From an uncultured Bacteroidales bacterium (GTDB lineage Bacteria; Bacteroidota; Bacteroidia; Bacteroidales; UBA7960), in assembly GCA_964453995.1 (NCBI GenBank), contig CAYVQC010000009.1, positions 16,408-80,407 on the forward strand: DNA of 64,000 nucleotides, read 5' to 3'. The translations under genes and the position numbers were made by a program. How positions within the stretch are numbered: position 1 is the first letter of the stretch; each line of letters opens with the position of its first letter. The notes under the pieces were generated by a model. That model was not told the origin of the DNA. It did not search any database and saw nothing but the letters and a program-made list of their open reading frames with translations. Of the stretch, positions 38,084 through 47,530 are shown piece after piece.

Positions 38084-40048
38084 ATGGATGTGAACAGTTT
38101 GCCCGCTTTGTTTGATAAAAGTGTTGAAAGGTTTGAAGACAATACTTTCCTGTGGGAGAAAAAAGACAATCACTACCGGGGCTTTACCTATCTGCAAACC
38201 CATGAGCGGGTGCAGTGTTACGCTGCCGGGTTGCTGCAAATGGGATTTACCAAAGGCGAAAGGATTGCCCTGATCTCTGAAGGACGCAACGACTGGGTTA
38301 CCAGCGAGCTGGCCCTGCTCTATTGTGGGGGAGTCAGTGTGCCTCTTTCGGTTAAAATTGAAGAAGATCTTGATCTGAGATTCCGGTTACAACATTCAGG
38401 ATGCAAGGGAATCATCATTTCGGGAAACCATCAGCACAAAGCCTTGCGGTTGGCCGATCAGCTGCCCGATCTACAGTTTATCATCCTCCTGGATGGAATG
38501 CCCCGGGAAGGTGACGATCAATACCCCCTTTTAGAGAAAATCGCCTTTCCCCGCAACAGGATTTTTGCCCTTAGCGAAGTGCTCGCCAATGGGGCGGCAT
38601 ATCTGAAAGAAAACCCTGATTGCGTATCTGCCATAAGCCGGCAACTGCAACCTGACGATGCAGCCAACATTTGCTACACTTCCGGCACCACCGCCGACCC
38701 CAAAGGGATTATCCTTACCCATCGCAACTATCTGTGCAACACCGACCAGGCATCGGCAATCTTCGAAGTACCTGAATATTATACTTCCCTTCATATTCTG
38801 CCCTGGGATCATTCTTTTGCCCATACGGTAGGGATCTATGTACTCATGCGCAATGGCGCCAGCCTGGCCTCGTTGAAAGTAGGAAAAACCCTCAATGAAA
38901 CATTACGGAATATCCCCATTTGCATCAGGGAGGTTCGACCCTATTTCATGCTCAGTGTGCCCGCCCTGGCCAAGAATTTCAGGAATAATATTGAAAAAGC
39001 TATTTCCGATAAGGGCAAAGTTACCCGGTCGTTGTTCAACTTTGCCATGAAAGTGGGCATGGCCTACAACCTGGAAGGCCATAACCGCGGTAAGGGATTG
39101 CGCATATTGCTAAAGCCGCTATATGGCTTGTTTGATAAAATACTGTTTTCAAAGATCCGGCAGAATTTTGGTGGAAGACTGAAGTTTTTTGTGGGCGGCG
39201 GTGCTCTGCTCGACATTGAATTGCAAAGGTTCTTCTATGCCATTGGTATTCCCATGTACCAGGGTTACGGGCTTACAGAAGCAGCTCCCATTATTTCTTC
39301 CAATACACCTGATTTTCATAAATTGGGTTCATCGGGCAAGGTAGTCCCATTCCTGGAGTTGAGAATATGTGATGATGAAGGAAATGAGCTGCCCGTAGGG
39401 CAAAAGGGTGAAATCGTAGTAAAAGGCGATAATGTAATGGCAGGTTACTGGAATAACGAAACCGCTACTGCCGACACCATTCGCAATGGATGGCTTTACA
39501 CGGGCGACCTGGGTTATCTGGATAATGACGGTTATTTGTATGTGTTGGGCCGCAGCAAGAGTCTGCTCATTTCTGGCGATGGCGAGAAATACAGCCCGGA
39601 AGGAATTGAAGAAGCATTGGTGGAGAAATCTGAGTTCATTGACCAGGTAATGCTTTACAACAATCAGAACACCTACACCACAGCATTGCTTTATCCCAAC
39701 AAGGGGAAACTGCGCGCCTGGGCCGAAAAGAATAACTTTGATGTAACCAATGAAGACGGGCAAAGGGCCATGTTGCTGAAATTGCAATCGGAGATAGATC
39801 GATTCATGCCCGGCGGCGAACATGATAAAATGTTTCCTTCCAGGTGGCTGCCCTCTGCAGTATGGGTGCTCAAGGAGAATTTTACCGAAAAGAATAAAAT
39901 GATCAACAGTACAATGAAAATGGTGCGCCCGGTCATTATCAGTAATTATAAAGAAGCCATCAAGTGGCTCTATACCCCGGATTCCAGGGATATCTGCAAC
40001 CCGAAAAATCTGGCCAACATTGAGGCTATTTATTCAGAAAAGCAATAG
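38084..40048 (+). CDS. Long-chain-fatty-acid--CoA ligase (AMP-dependent synthetase)
   Basis: 654 aa with the AMP-binding motifs YTSGTTADPKG, QGYGLTE and GWLYTGDLG. Confidence 0.8.
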   Translation: MDVNSLPALFDKSVERFEDNTFLWEKKDNHYRGFTYLQTHERVQCYAAGLLQMGFTKGERIALISEGRNDWVTSELALLYCGGVSVPLSVKIEEDLDLRFRLQHSGCKGIIISGNHQHKALRLADQLPDLQFIILLDGMPREGDDQYPLLEKIAFPRNRIFALSEVLANGAAYLKENPDCVSAISRQLQPDDAANICYTSGTTADPKGIILTHRNYLCNTDQASAIFEVPEYYTSLHILPWDHSFAHTVGIYVLMRNGASLASLKVGKTLNETLRNIPICIREVRPYFMLSVPALAKNFRNNIEKAISDKGKVTRSLFNFAMKVGMAYNLEGHNRGKGLRILLKPLYGLFDKILFSKIRQNFGGRLKFFVGGGALLDIELQRFFYAIGIPMYQGYGLTEAAPIISSNTPDFHKLGSSGKVVPFLELRICDDEGNELPVGQKGEIVVKGDNVMAGYWNNETATADTIRNGWLYTGDLGYLDNDGYLYVLGRSKSLLISGDGEKYSPEGIEEALVEKSEFIDQVMLYNNQNTYTTALLYPNKGKLRAWAEKNNFDVTNEDGQRAMLLKLQSEIDRFMPGGEHDKMFPSRWLPSAVWVLKENFTEKNKMINSTMKMVRPVIISNYKEAIKWLYTPDSRDICNPKNLANIEAIYSEKQ

Positions 40049-40071
40049 AGCCTCTATTCTGTAATTCAACT

Positions 40072-41319
40072 ATGGAAGAACAATTCCGGAATATTTCCAT
40101 CGCGGAGTATACCTATGAACTGCCCCCCGAACGTATCGCTATGCATCCTTTGCAACAGCGCGATCTGTCCAACCTGCTGGTATACCGCCACGGGCAGATT
40201 GAAAAAGGTATTTTCCGCCACATCGACCAGTATTTACCCGCCTCATCGCTTATGGTTTTTAATAACACCCGGGTGGTGCAGGCCCGGTTGCTTTTTCAGA
40301 AAGAGAGCGGCGCAACCATCGAAATATTTTGTCTCGAACCCGCAGGCGCTGTAAAAGATGTACAGCTTGCTTTTGCCGAAAAAGGCCAAAGCACGTGGTT
40401 TTGCATGGTAGGCAATGCGAAAAAGTGGAAGCAGGGTTCCCTCACGGCAAAAGTGGGAGAACAGGGAATCCTCAGGGCGCATAAACTGGAAAAGAGCAAG
40501 GATGGCTATACAATACTGTTTGAATGGGAAGGGGATATGTCGTTTGCAGAGATTCTTGATGTTGCGGGGAAAACACCCCTGCCACCATATATTGGCCGTA
40601 AAGCTGAAGAAGAGGACAAGACCCGTTATCAAACCATTTATGCCCGCCATTCGGGTTCTGTAGCAGCCCCAACAGCCGGCCTGCACTTTACCGACCGGGT
40701 AATGCAACAGTTGGCTCTCAGGAATATCAAAACTACTCAACTTACCCTTCATGTGGGGGCAGGAACATTTAAGCCTGTGTCCTCTTCTACCATTGGTGAT
40801 CATCATATGCACCAGGAGCAGATCATTGTAAGCAGGCAAACCATTGAATCATTGCTTGCGCATGCCGATGGCAATATTGTGAGTGTAGGCACCACCTCGT
40901 TGCGCACCCTGGAGAGTTTATACTGGCTTGGCGCAAAGATCATTAAAGGGTATGCTATTCCTGAAGATGGCTTTCATATACAACAATGGGAGCCATACAG
41001 GTATTCGGTCTTGTTGCCTGCGGTAGAACAATCAATGGCTGCCATTGTAAACTATATGAAGGAAAAGGACATTGAAACACTCCATGGTGAAACATCACTC
41101 ATCATTGTACCTGGTTACAGGGTAAGGATGGCCCGTATGCTGGTTACCAACTTTCATCAGCCGGGCAGCACGTTGTTATTGCTCGTGGCAGCGTTTTGCG
41201 GCAACGATTGGCAGAAGATTTATCAGTTTGCCCTTGATAATGATTTCCGGTTTCTTAGTTATGGCGATAGTTGTTTGATGTTTAGGAATGACGCCCAGGA
41301 GTATCAGAATGAAATATGA
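40072..41319 (+). CDS. queA: S-adenosylmethionine:tRNA ribosyltransferase-isomerase
   Basis: 415 aa with YELPPERIAMHP, YQTIYA..GSVAAPTAGLHFT and VGTTSLRTLES. Confidence 0.85.
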   Translation: MEEQFRNISIAEYTYELPPERIAMHPLQQRDLSNLLVYRHGQIEKGIFRHIDQYLPASSLMVFNNTRVVQARLLFQKESGATIEIFCLEPAGAVKDVQLAFAEKGQSTWFCMVGNAKKWKQGSLTAKVGEQGILRAHKLEKSKDGYTILFEWEGDMSFAEILDVAGKTPLPPYIGRKAEEEDKTRYQTIYARHSGSVAAPTAGLHFTDRVMQQLALRNIKTTQLTLHVGAGTFKPVSSSTIGDHHMHQEQIIVSRQTIESLLAHADGNIVSVGTTSLRTLESLYWLGAKIIKGYAIPEDGFHIQQWEPYRYSVLLPAVEQSMAAIVNYMKEKDIETLHGETSLIIVPGYRVRMARMLVTNFHQPGSTLLLLVAAFCGNDWQKIYQFALDNDFRFLSYGDSCLMFRNDAQEYQNEI

Positions 41320-42035
41320 AAAACGAACCAGATATTTTCGGACTTGCCTTTGCAGATTTTCTGAAAGGCCATACCAGGGAAGTTATTCTTGTGGATACTG
41401 ATATTTCAGAACGCGAAGAACTCCCTGTATCTTATTTCTTCAGGTATTTTGACCAGATGCCCCCATGGGAGCAGAAAGTTCTGAATGCCTGCCGCGGCAA
41501 GGTTCTGGATGTGGGAGCCGGAGCCGGCAGCCATGCTTTGTATTTGCAGAAAAGAGGACTTGAAGTTACAGCTGTGGATATAAGCCCTGGTGCAGTAGAT
41601 TGCATGCAGAAAAGAGGAGTGAAGAATGCTGTGGCAGCAGATTTCTTTTCTTTACCCGAAGAAGAAAAAATGGATACGATCCTTTTTTTAATGAATGGTG
41701 CCGGATTGGCGCAAAAACTGGAGAACCTGCCCAACATGCTTGCCAAGGCAAGTCGCTTGCTTGATTCACGGGGGAGTATTTACCTTGAATCTACCGATCT
41801 TATTTATATGTTTCGCGAAGAAGACGGATCGGTTATGATCGACCTGGCAGGCAATTATTACGGAGAAATTACCTATCACCTGCACTACAAGGAGTTTAGT
41901 GGTAAACCTTTCCCATGGCTCTTTGTTGATTTTGAAAACCTTTGCGACAAAGCTGCAGAGGTTGGTCTTGAGTGTGAACTTTTCTTCCAGGATCAAACCG
42001 ACAACTATGTGGCCAGGCTTTTTAAGACCGGCTGA
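41316..42035 (+). CDS. Class I SAM-dependent methyltransferase, substrate unknown
   Basis: 239 aa with SAM motif I VLDVGAGAGSHALYL. Its start overlaps the queA stop (ATGA). Confidence 0.7.
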   Translation: MKNEPDIFGLAFADFLKGHTREVILVDTDISEREELPVSYFFRYFDQMPPWEQKVLNACRGKVLDVGAGAGSHALYLQKRGLEVTAVDISPGAVDCMQKRGVKNAVAADFFSLPEEEKMDTILFLMNGAGLAQKLENLPNMLAKASRLLDSRGSIYLESTDLIYMFREEDGSVMIDLAGNYYGEITYHLHYKEFSGKPFPWLFVDFENLCDKAAEVGLECELFFQDQTDNYVARLFKTG

Positions 42036-42059
42036 TGGAAAGGCAAAATCCCAGTTTTT

Positions 42060-42755
42060 ATGAAACACAATCCCTTTCTTTCTGAATTGATACAAACTGC
42101 CGATGGGTCTCATACGCTGAAGCTCCTGGATTTTGATGAGCAATATCATTCGGTCAACGGCGCTTTGCAGGAATCTAAGCATGTCTTTCTTAGTAGTGGT
42201 TTACACGCCTTTGATAAAATCCCGGATCCTCTTTTTGTGCTTGAAGTGGGATTAGGCACAGGGTTGAATGCTTTGCTTACCGCTCGCGATGCTTTAATGA
42301 AACAAACACGTATTCTTTACGAGGCCATTGAACCCTTTCCATTGAGAAATGAAATTATTGAAAAGCTCAATTACCCTTCCATATTTACTGAACCCTGGAT
42401 TGGGGAGTTGTTTGGAAGAATCCACAGCGCAGGATCAGAAAATTACGAAAATTTCCTTGATTGGTTTTTCTTCCGGTGTCATTGTATGCCCATTCAGGAA
42501 AAGATACTGGACGATAAGAAGTATCACCTGGTTTACTTCGATGCATTCGGACCTGACACCCAACCTGAGATGTGGACTTATGAGATATTCCTGAAGATAT
42601 TTGCAGCAATGAAACCCGGAGGCATACTGGTTACATACTGTGCAAAAGGGGCGGTTCGCAGGGCCATGCAGGAAGCCGGTTTCAAGGTGGAAAAACTTCC
42701 CGGTCCCGCGGGGAAAAGGGAAATAACACGGGCCAGAAAGCCGCAAGACAATTAG
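42060..42755 (+). CDS. tRNA (mnm5s2U34)-methyltransferase, MnmD/MnmC-methyltransferase-domain type
   Basis: 231 aa with VLEVGLGTGLN, YFDAFGPDTQPEMW and a standalone MnmC C-terminal-like methyltransferase pattern. Confidence 0.7.
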   Translation: MKHNPFLSELIQTADGSHTLKLLDFDEQYHSVNGALQESKHVFLSSGLHAFDKIPDPLFVLEVGLGTGLNALLTARDALMKQTRILYEAIEPFPLRNEIIEKLNYPSIFTEPWIGELFGRIHSAGSENYENFLDWFFFRCHCMPIQEKILDDKKYHLVYFDAFGPDTQPEMWTYEIFLKIFAAMKPGGILVTYCAKGAVRRAMQEAGFKVEKLPGPAGKREITRARKPQDN

Positions 42756-42780
42756 TATGAATTCATGAATTGTTTCCAAC

Positions 42781-43233
42781 ATGAAGATAACTACATTTAA
42801 TATTCGCGTTTATGGCATTGTATTGTTCAAAGCAAATATTTTGCTTACGGATGAATTCAGGTTGGGGATGCGGATGACAAAATTTCCCGGTGGGGGGCTT
42901 GAACTGGGGGAAGGTACTGCTGATTGCCTTAAGAGAGAATTTAAGGAGGAGATGGGACAGGAAATCGAGGTAAGGGAGCACATTTATACTACTGATTACT
43001 TTCAGCCTACACAGCTTTTGCCCGAAACGCAACAACTCATCAGCATTTATTACCGCGTTGAGCTGCGGGAGTACAACGCCCTGAAAGCCTCTGAAAAGGC
43101 TTTTGACTTTCGTGAAACCATAGAGGGTGCCCAGTCCTTCAGATGGGTGCCGTTGAAAAAACTACAACCCGATTTACTTACATTTCCCATTGACAGAAAA
43201 GTAGTTCCTCTGCTCAGGAATATGTACCTGTAA
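42781..43233 (+). CDS. NUDIX hydrolase
   Basis: 150 aa with the Nudix box GGGLELGEGTADCLKREFKEEMG. Confidence 0.8.
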   Translation: MKITTFNIRVYGIVLFKANILLTDEFRLGMRMTKFPGGGLELGEGTADCLKREFKEEMGQEIEVREHIYTTDYFQPTQLLPETQQLISIYYRVELREYNALKASEKAFDFRETIEGAQSFRWVPLKKLQPDLLTFPIDRKVVPLLRNMYL

Positions 43234-43388
43234 GCTTACCGTATTTCTGATTGTGCTCATAATACCCTAAAGAAAAATTCCCGATCCAGTCGCTTCAATT
43301 GAGTGCTCAGGCCATGCTCTGGCAATGGGGCGTTGTAAAAAAAGAGAAAATATTTGGGGGAAAGCAGGCCTGAAGCAAAAAAAGGAAA

Positions 43389-43461
43389 GAGCGGAAGACG
43401 GGACTCGAACCCGCCACCTACAGCTTGGAAGGCTGTCGCTCTACCGGATGAGCTACTTCCG
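43389..43461 (-). tRNA. tRNA-Gly (anticodon TCC)
   Basis: The reverse complement is GCGGAAGTAGCTCATCCGGTAGAGCGACAGCCTTCCAAGCTGTAGGTGGCGGGTTCGAGTCCCGTCTTCCGCT. The anticodon stem is ACAGC/GCTGT with loop CTTCCAA. Length is 73 nt. Confidence 0.9.
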
Positions 43462-43471
43462 CGAAAAAAAT

Positions 43472-43555
43472 GTGGGGGGGGAAGGATTCGAACCTCCGAA
43501 GGCGAAAGCCAACAGATTTACAGTCTGCCCCATTTGACCGCTCTGGAACCCCCCC
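43472..43555 (-). tRNA. tRNA-Tyr (anticodon GTA), long variable arm
   Basis: The reverse complement is GGGGGGGTTCCAGAGCGGTCAAATGG...CAGACTGTAAATCTG...GGTTCGAATCCTTCCCCCCCCA. It has a 7-bp G/C acceptor stem, anticodon loop CTGTAAA and a class II variable arm. Length is 84 nt. Confidence 0.9.
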
Positions 43556-43864
43556 TATGCCAATGAACAATTATTTCTTGCATGTTTGCTATGAATACTT
43601 TCCTGGAGCAACTTCCCGGAAGCTGTATTGCCAGCGCGAGGGCAAAAGTAGGAAAAAAAACCATGAAAAAAAGTGGTTTTACGCACTTTTTCATATTTAT
43701 TTTTTGGCAACAATTAGAGGCGAAAAAGAAACAGTCAACGGGCTGTTTACCTTATGATTGGGACTAAGAGAATTGCCCGGGATTTAATTCCCGTGAAAGC
43801 TACGAAGCGTATTATGCAGTGTATTGGGGTAGTAAAATTCAGAAAATGCCGTAATGACCACTGT

Positions 43865-45835
43865 TTACTCTGTTGGATTCAGCAAGGGAAGATTAAAGGA
43901 AAACCGGGTACCTGCCCCTTTTTCGCTTTCCACCTTCAACTCTTCATTATGCCTGTTTATAAAATCCCTGCAAAGCGACAAACCGATACCTGAACCTGTT
44001 TCATTTCCGGTTCCCTTTTGCTGTTTTATTTTTTCATTTTCTGCCATTCTTTTCAACTCGTCGGGTTCCAGGCCTACTCCTTTATCGGTAATAGTGAACC
44101 GGCAACTGTTATTGTGGCGGTCGAGCGCAATATCAATACTACTATCACGAAAGGAATACTTAATTGCATTGGAGAGCAGATTTCGGATTACCGTCTGGAT
44201 CATGTTGGCATCTGCATGAACCATGAGTTCTCCGTTATTTTGCTGGTAATTGATGGTTATGTTTTTTACCTCTGCCCAGGGTTTGTAAGGTAGGATACTT
44301 TTTGATACCAACTGGTTCATATCGGTAGGAGCAGGGTTGAATAACATCTTTCCATCCTGTGATTTGGCCCAATAGAGGAGGTTTTCAAGTAAATCGCTTA
44401 CTGACTGCACCGCCCTGGATAATGCATAGAAGTTTTCATTCATGGCGGCAGTGTCGTTACTGTCAATATCTTCCCTGATGAGTTCTATGAGGGCGCGCAG
44501 ATTCCACACCGGACCGCGCAAGTCATGGCCAATGACCAAAAACATCCGGTCTTTGGCGGTATTGATCTGTTTGAGTTCTTCCTTTTGCATGGAAAGCTGC
44601 CTGTTCTTATTTTTGAGCTTTCTGAGCAACACCAGCAATATTGATCCGGTAATAACAAGCAAAAGGGCAAATACGATTAACCCGGTATTTAAAAAACGCT
44701 GCCGGCTGAGTTTAAGAGCTTGTATTTCGTTATCTCGGTTGATAATATCAATTTGCGCCTGTTGTTTCTGCCGTTCGAGTTCAAACTCCATGCTGAGCAC
44801 TTTCTCTGACAATTGCTGATTGAAGAGTGTATCGGCATAAAGGATCATCTCGTTGAGCTTTTGAGCTGCATCGCGGTAGTTTCCAAAGTTCAGATCAACT
44901 TTAGAAAGAACCTTCAGAGCATCATGAATGAGCAGTCTTGAGTTTACTTCGCGACCAGTTTTCAGCGCCAATAAAGCCAGGGGAGCTGCATTTACATGAT
45001 CTTTTTTATTGCAGAATATGCGGGCTTTCTGCAACATTATATTACCGTAAAGATGCTTGTCCTCGTCCTCATTAAAGCTTGTCAGGGCAAGATCATAGTT
45101 TTGCCTGGCCAAATCGTAATCAGCCTTATTGTAATAAATGTCGGCAAGGTATTTATAGCTAACCGCCTGCCCTGGTAAATTGCCGGTTTTCTTGCGCAAT
45201 TGCAGTGAGTTGTTTATATTTTCAATGGCATCATCAAGGGCGTTTATACTCATCAATACTCTTCCTTTGTAAAGAAATATGTATGCGAGCATATCATCAT
45301 TTCCGATTTCCTTTGAAATCTCCTGTGCCAGGTTCAGGTTGTCCAGGGCCTGGGTAAAGTATTCAAGGTAGATGTAAAGGTTTGCAATATTGATGTGGGC
45401 GTACCCTTCCTGTTCCGGTATGGCGTTGTCTTTAGCAATGGCTAAGCCTCTGAAAAAGTAGTCAATGGCTTTATTGTAATCTCCCAGCAGCCGGTAAGCA
45501 ACTCCTGTAAAACTATGGGCTTTGGCAAGGTTAAACGCATCCTGCAGGCTGTCGGCAAGTTCAATAGCTTCATGTCCTAGCAGAAGAGAGTGATCGGGTT
45601 GAGAGTTGCGCATTCTCCAGGCCTTTTCAAGAAGATACTCAAGGCGCTGTGCAGGGTCTTTTAAACTGATAGCATCATCCGGCGAAGTTATCTGGTTTTC
45701 ATTGTCTGGGGTAAAATTACCCTGGAAAAATTCCTCCGAAATAAAAAATACTACCGAACCTGTTCCTTTTGTGGTTTTGGTGTTAAAGGCCAAGGAGATT
45801 AGCAGCAGGAAAATATAAATTAAAAAGGGTCTCAC
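43865..45835 (-). CDS. TPR-repeat sensor histidine kinase (orphan)
   Basis: 656 aa. It has a signal/TM segment, about 6 TPR-like repeats, a coiled coil and a TM helix (TGLIVFALLLVITGSILLVLL). The kinase motifs are the H-box VIGHDLRGP, N-box LLSNAIKYS and G-box GSGIGLSLC. It has a GTG start and no response regulator nearby. Confidence 0.8.
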   Translation of the reverse strand: MRPFLIYIFLLLISLAFNTKTTKGTGSVVFFISEEFFQGNFTPDNENQITSPDDAISLKDPAQRLEYLLEKAWRMRNSQPDHSLLLGHEAIELADSLQDAFNLAKAHSFTGVAYRLLGDYNKAIDYFFRGLAIAKDNAIPEQEGYAHINIANLYIYLEYFTQALDNLNLAQEISKEIGNDDMLAYIFLYKGRVLMSINALDDAIENINNSLQLRKKTGNLPGQAVSYKYLADIYYNKADYDLARQNYDLALTSFNEDEDKHLYGNIMLQKARIFCNKKDHVNAAPLALLALKTGREVNSRLLIHDALKVLSKVDLNFGNYRDAAQKLNEMILYADTLFNQQLSEKVLSMEFELERQKQQAQIDIINRDNEIQALKLSRQRFLNTGLIVFALLLVITGSILLVLLRKLKNKNRQLSMQKEELKQINTAKDRMFLVIGHDLRGPVWNLRALIELIREDIDSNDTAAMNENFYALSRAVQSVSDLLENLLYWAKSQDGKMLFNPAPTDMNQLVSKSILPYKPWAEVKNITINYQQNNGELMVHADANMIQTVIRNLLSNAIKYSFRDSSIDIALDRHNNSCRFTITDKGVGLEPDELKRMAENEKIKQQKGTGNETGSGIGLSLCRDFINRHNEELKVESEKGAGTRFSFNLPLLNPTE

Positions 45836-45977
45836 GTGGGTTTTTGTTTTCAGCCGTAAAGCTACAAAGTTTTTTGGCTTTGAAGCAAGCTTGATGCAAC
45901 TTTAAGGTTGAAGGAAGAGGAAAGTGCTCCTGGTGAGGGTTTTACAGTGCCGGTTGATAAGAAAAACAGACAATAAA

Positions 45978-46047
45978 GCGCCTGTAATGTTGCTGATCCG
46001 TTTGGTTGTTAAGCAAAGAATCATTTTGTACGCAACATTACAGGCGC
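45978..46047 (-). terminator. Long perfect inverted repeat downstream of pepD (probable terminator, possible operator)
   Basis: GCGCCTGTAATGTTGC (45978-45993) and GCAACATTACAGGCGC (46032-46047) form a perfect 16-bp stem with a 38-nt loop. On the minus strand it is followed by TTTATTGTCTGTTTTTC. Confidence 0.5.
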
Positions 46048-46064
46048 AGTGTAATCATTTGCTT

Positions 46065-47525
46065 TTATTTTTCAGGTACATTGGCAAGGGTTTCAATAAG
46101 GTAATCCCAGAATAAGCCCACGCTTGGTATGTTTACTTTTTCATCGGGAGAGTGTGGGTTGCGAATGGTGGGTCCAAATGAGATCATATCCAGATCAGGA
46201 TATACCCCTCCGATAATACCGCATTCCAATCCGGCATGTATAACTTTTACCTCGGGAGTTTTTCCAAACTTTTTCTCATAAACACGCTTCATGGTTTTAA
46301 GGATCGGAGAGTTTACGTTGGGCTTCCAGCCTGGGTAAGAACCGCTGTGGGTCACCTCTGCCTGTGCCATTTCAAAAACGCTCCGTATCATGTTGCAAAG
46401 ATCTTCTTTGGCAGTATCTACTGCGCTTCTTTGCAATGTAGCGATTTGGATTTTCTCACCATCTGATTTTACAATGGCAAGATTGGTACTGGTTTCTACA
46501 ACTCCGGGCATGTCATCGGCCATGCGGATTACTCCATTGGGGCATCCATACAGGCTGTTTAGTAATCTTTTTGTTATTCCGTTTTCAATGACAATTTCCG
46601 GGGTTTCAGTTTCGCTCAGGTGCAGTGCAAGATCAGGTTCTGTATTTTTCAGTTCATTTTTAATTTTTGAAGACAGCTCATGGAACAGTTTTTCAAATTT
46701 TGCTGCGAATTCATCAGGTATAACAACAATGGCTGAGGCCTCCCGTGGGATGGCATTTCTGAGACTTCCTCCATCAATAGAGTGGAGCAAAAGGTTGCAT
46801 TCGCGCTGTGCCTGCCAAAGGATACGTGTTATGATCTTATTGGCGTTGCCACGGCCCAGGTGTATGTCAAGACCAGAATGGCCTCCCTTAAGACCTTTTA
46901 TGTCTATCTGCCATGCCTTGGCAGGTTCTGTGATTCCGGTAGTTTTATAATGAAAAACTGCTGTGGTATCAATACCCCCTGCACAACCGATATAAAGTTC
47001 TCCTTCATCTTCTGAATCCAGGTTCAGTAGTATATCGCCCTTGAGAAAATCATCTTTAAGAGCAAATGCTCCTGTCATTCCCGTTTCTTCATCAACAGTA
47101 AATAAGGCTTCAATGGGTCCGTGTTCAATATCTTTTGCTGCCAGCACAGCCATTGCCGAAGCAGCACCAATGCCGTTGTCCGCGCCAAGTGTAGTGCCTT
47201 TTGCCTTCACCCAGTCTCCATCTATAAATACCTGGATAGGATCAGTTTCAAAATTGTGCTTTGTGTCATTGTTTTTTTGGGGAACCATGTCGAGGTGGCT
47301 TTGCAAAATGATGGTATTGCGGTTCTCGTAGCCTGGTGTGGCAGGTTTGCGAATCACAATATTACCAACTTCATCGGTGTGAGTTTCCAGTCCCAGTGAT
47401 AATCCGAATGCTTTCACATATTCAATAATCTTCTCCTCCTTTTTGGAAGGATGGGGGATATTGCAAATCTCCTCAAAATAGTTCCACAAGGGTTGAGGGG
47501 TGAGGTTTGATAGTTTTTTTTCCAT
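46065..47525 (-). CDS. pepD: Aminoacyl-histidine (Xaa-His) dipeptidase, M20 family
   Basis: 486 aa with LWNYFEEICNIPHPSKKE, QSHLDMV and TTLGADNGIG, the typical PepD pattern. Confidence 0.85.
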   Translation of the reverse strand: MEKKLSNLTPQPLWNYFEEICNIPHPSKKEEKIIEYVKAFGLSLGLETHTDEVGNIVIRKPATPGYENRNTIILQSHLDMVPQKNNDTKHNFETDPIQVFIDGDWVKAKGTTLGADNGIGAASAMAVLAAKDIEHGPIEALFTVDEETGMTGAFALKDDFLKGDILLNLDSEDEGELYIGCAGGIDTTAVFHYKTTGITEPAKAWQIDIKGLKGGHSGLDIHLGRGNANKIITRILWQAQRECNLLLHSIDGGSLRNAIPREASAIVVIPDEFAAKFEKLFHELSSKIKNELKNTEPDLALHLSETETPEIVIENGITKRLLNSLYGCPNGVIRMADDMPGVVETSTNLAIVKSDGEKIQIATLQRSAVDTAKEDLCNMIRSVFEMAQAEVTHSGSYPGWKPNVNSPILKTMKRVYEKKFGKTPEVKVIHAGLECGIIGGVYPDLDMISFGPTIRNPHSPDEKVNIPSVGLFWDYLIETLANVPEK

Positions 47526-47530
47526 GATGC

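Noticed and set aside
43325-43767. Several 60-95-aa plus-strand ORFs, plus the ORF at 28232-28444
   Set aside because: They run across the minus-strand tRNA-Gly/Tyr and tRNA-Val genes and their flanks. The G/C-rich tRNA sequence creates spurious open frames.
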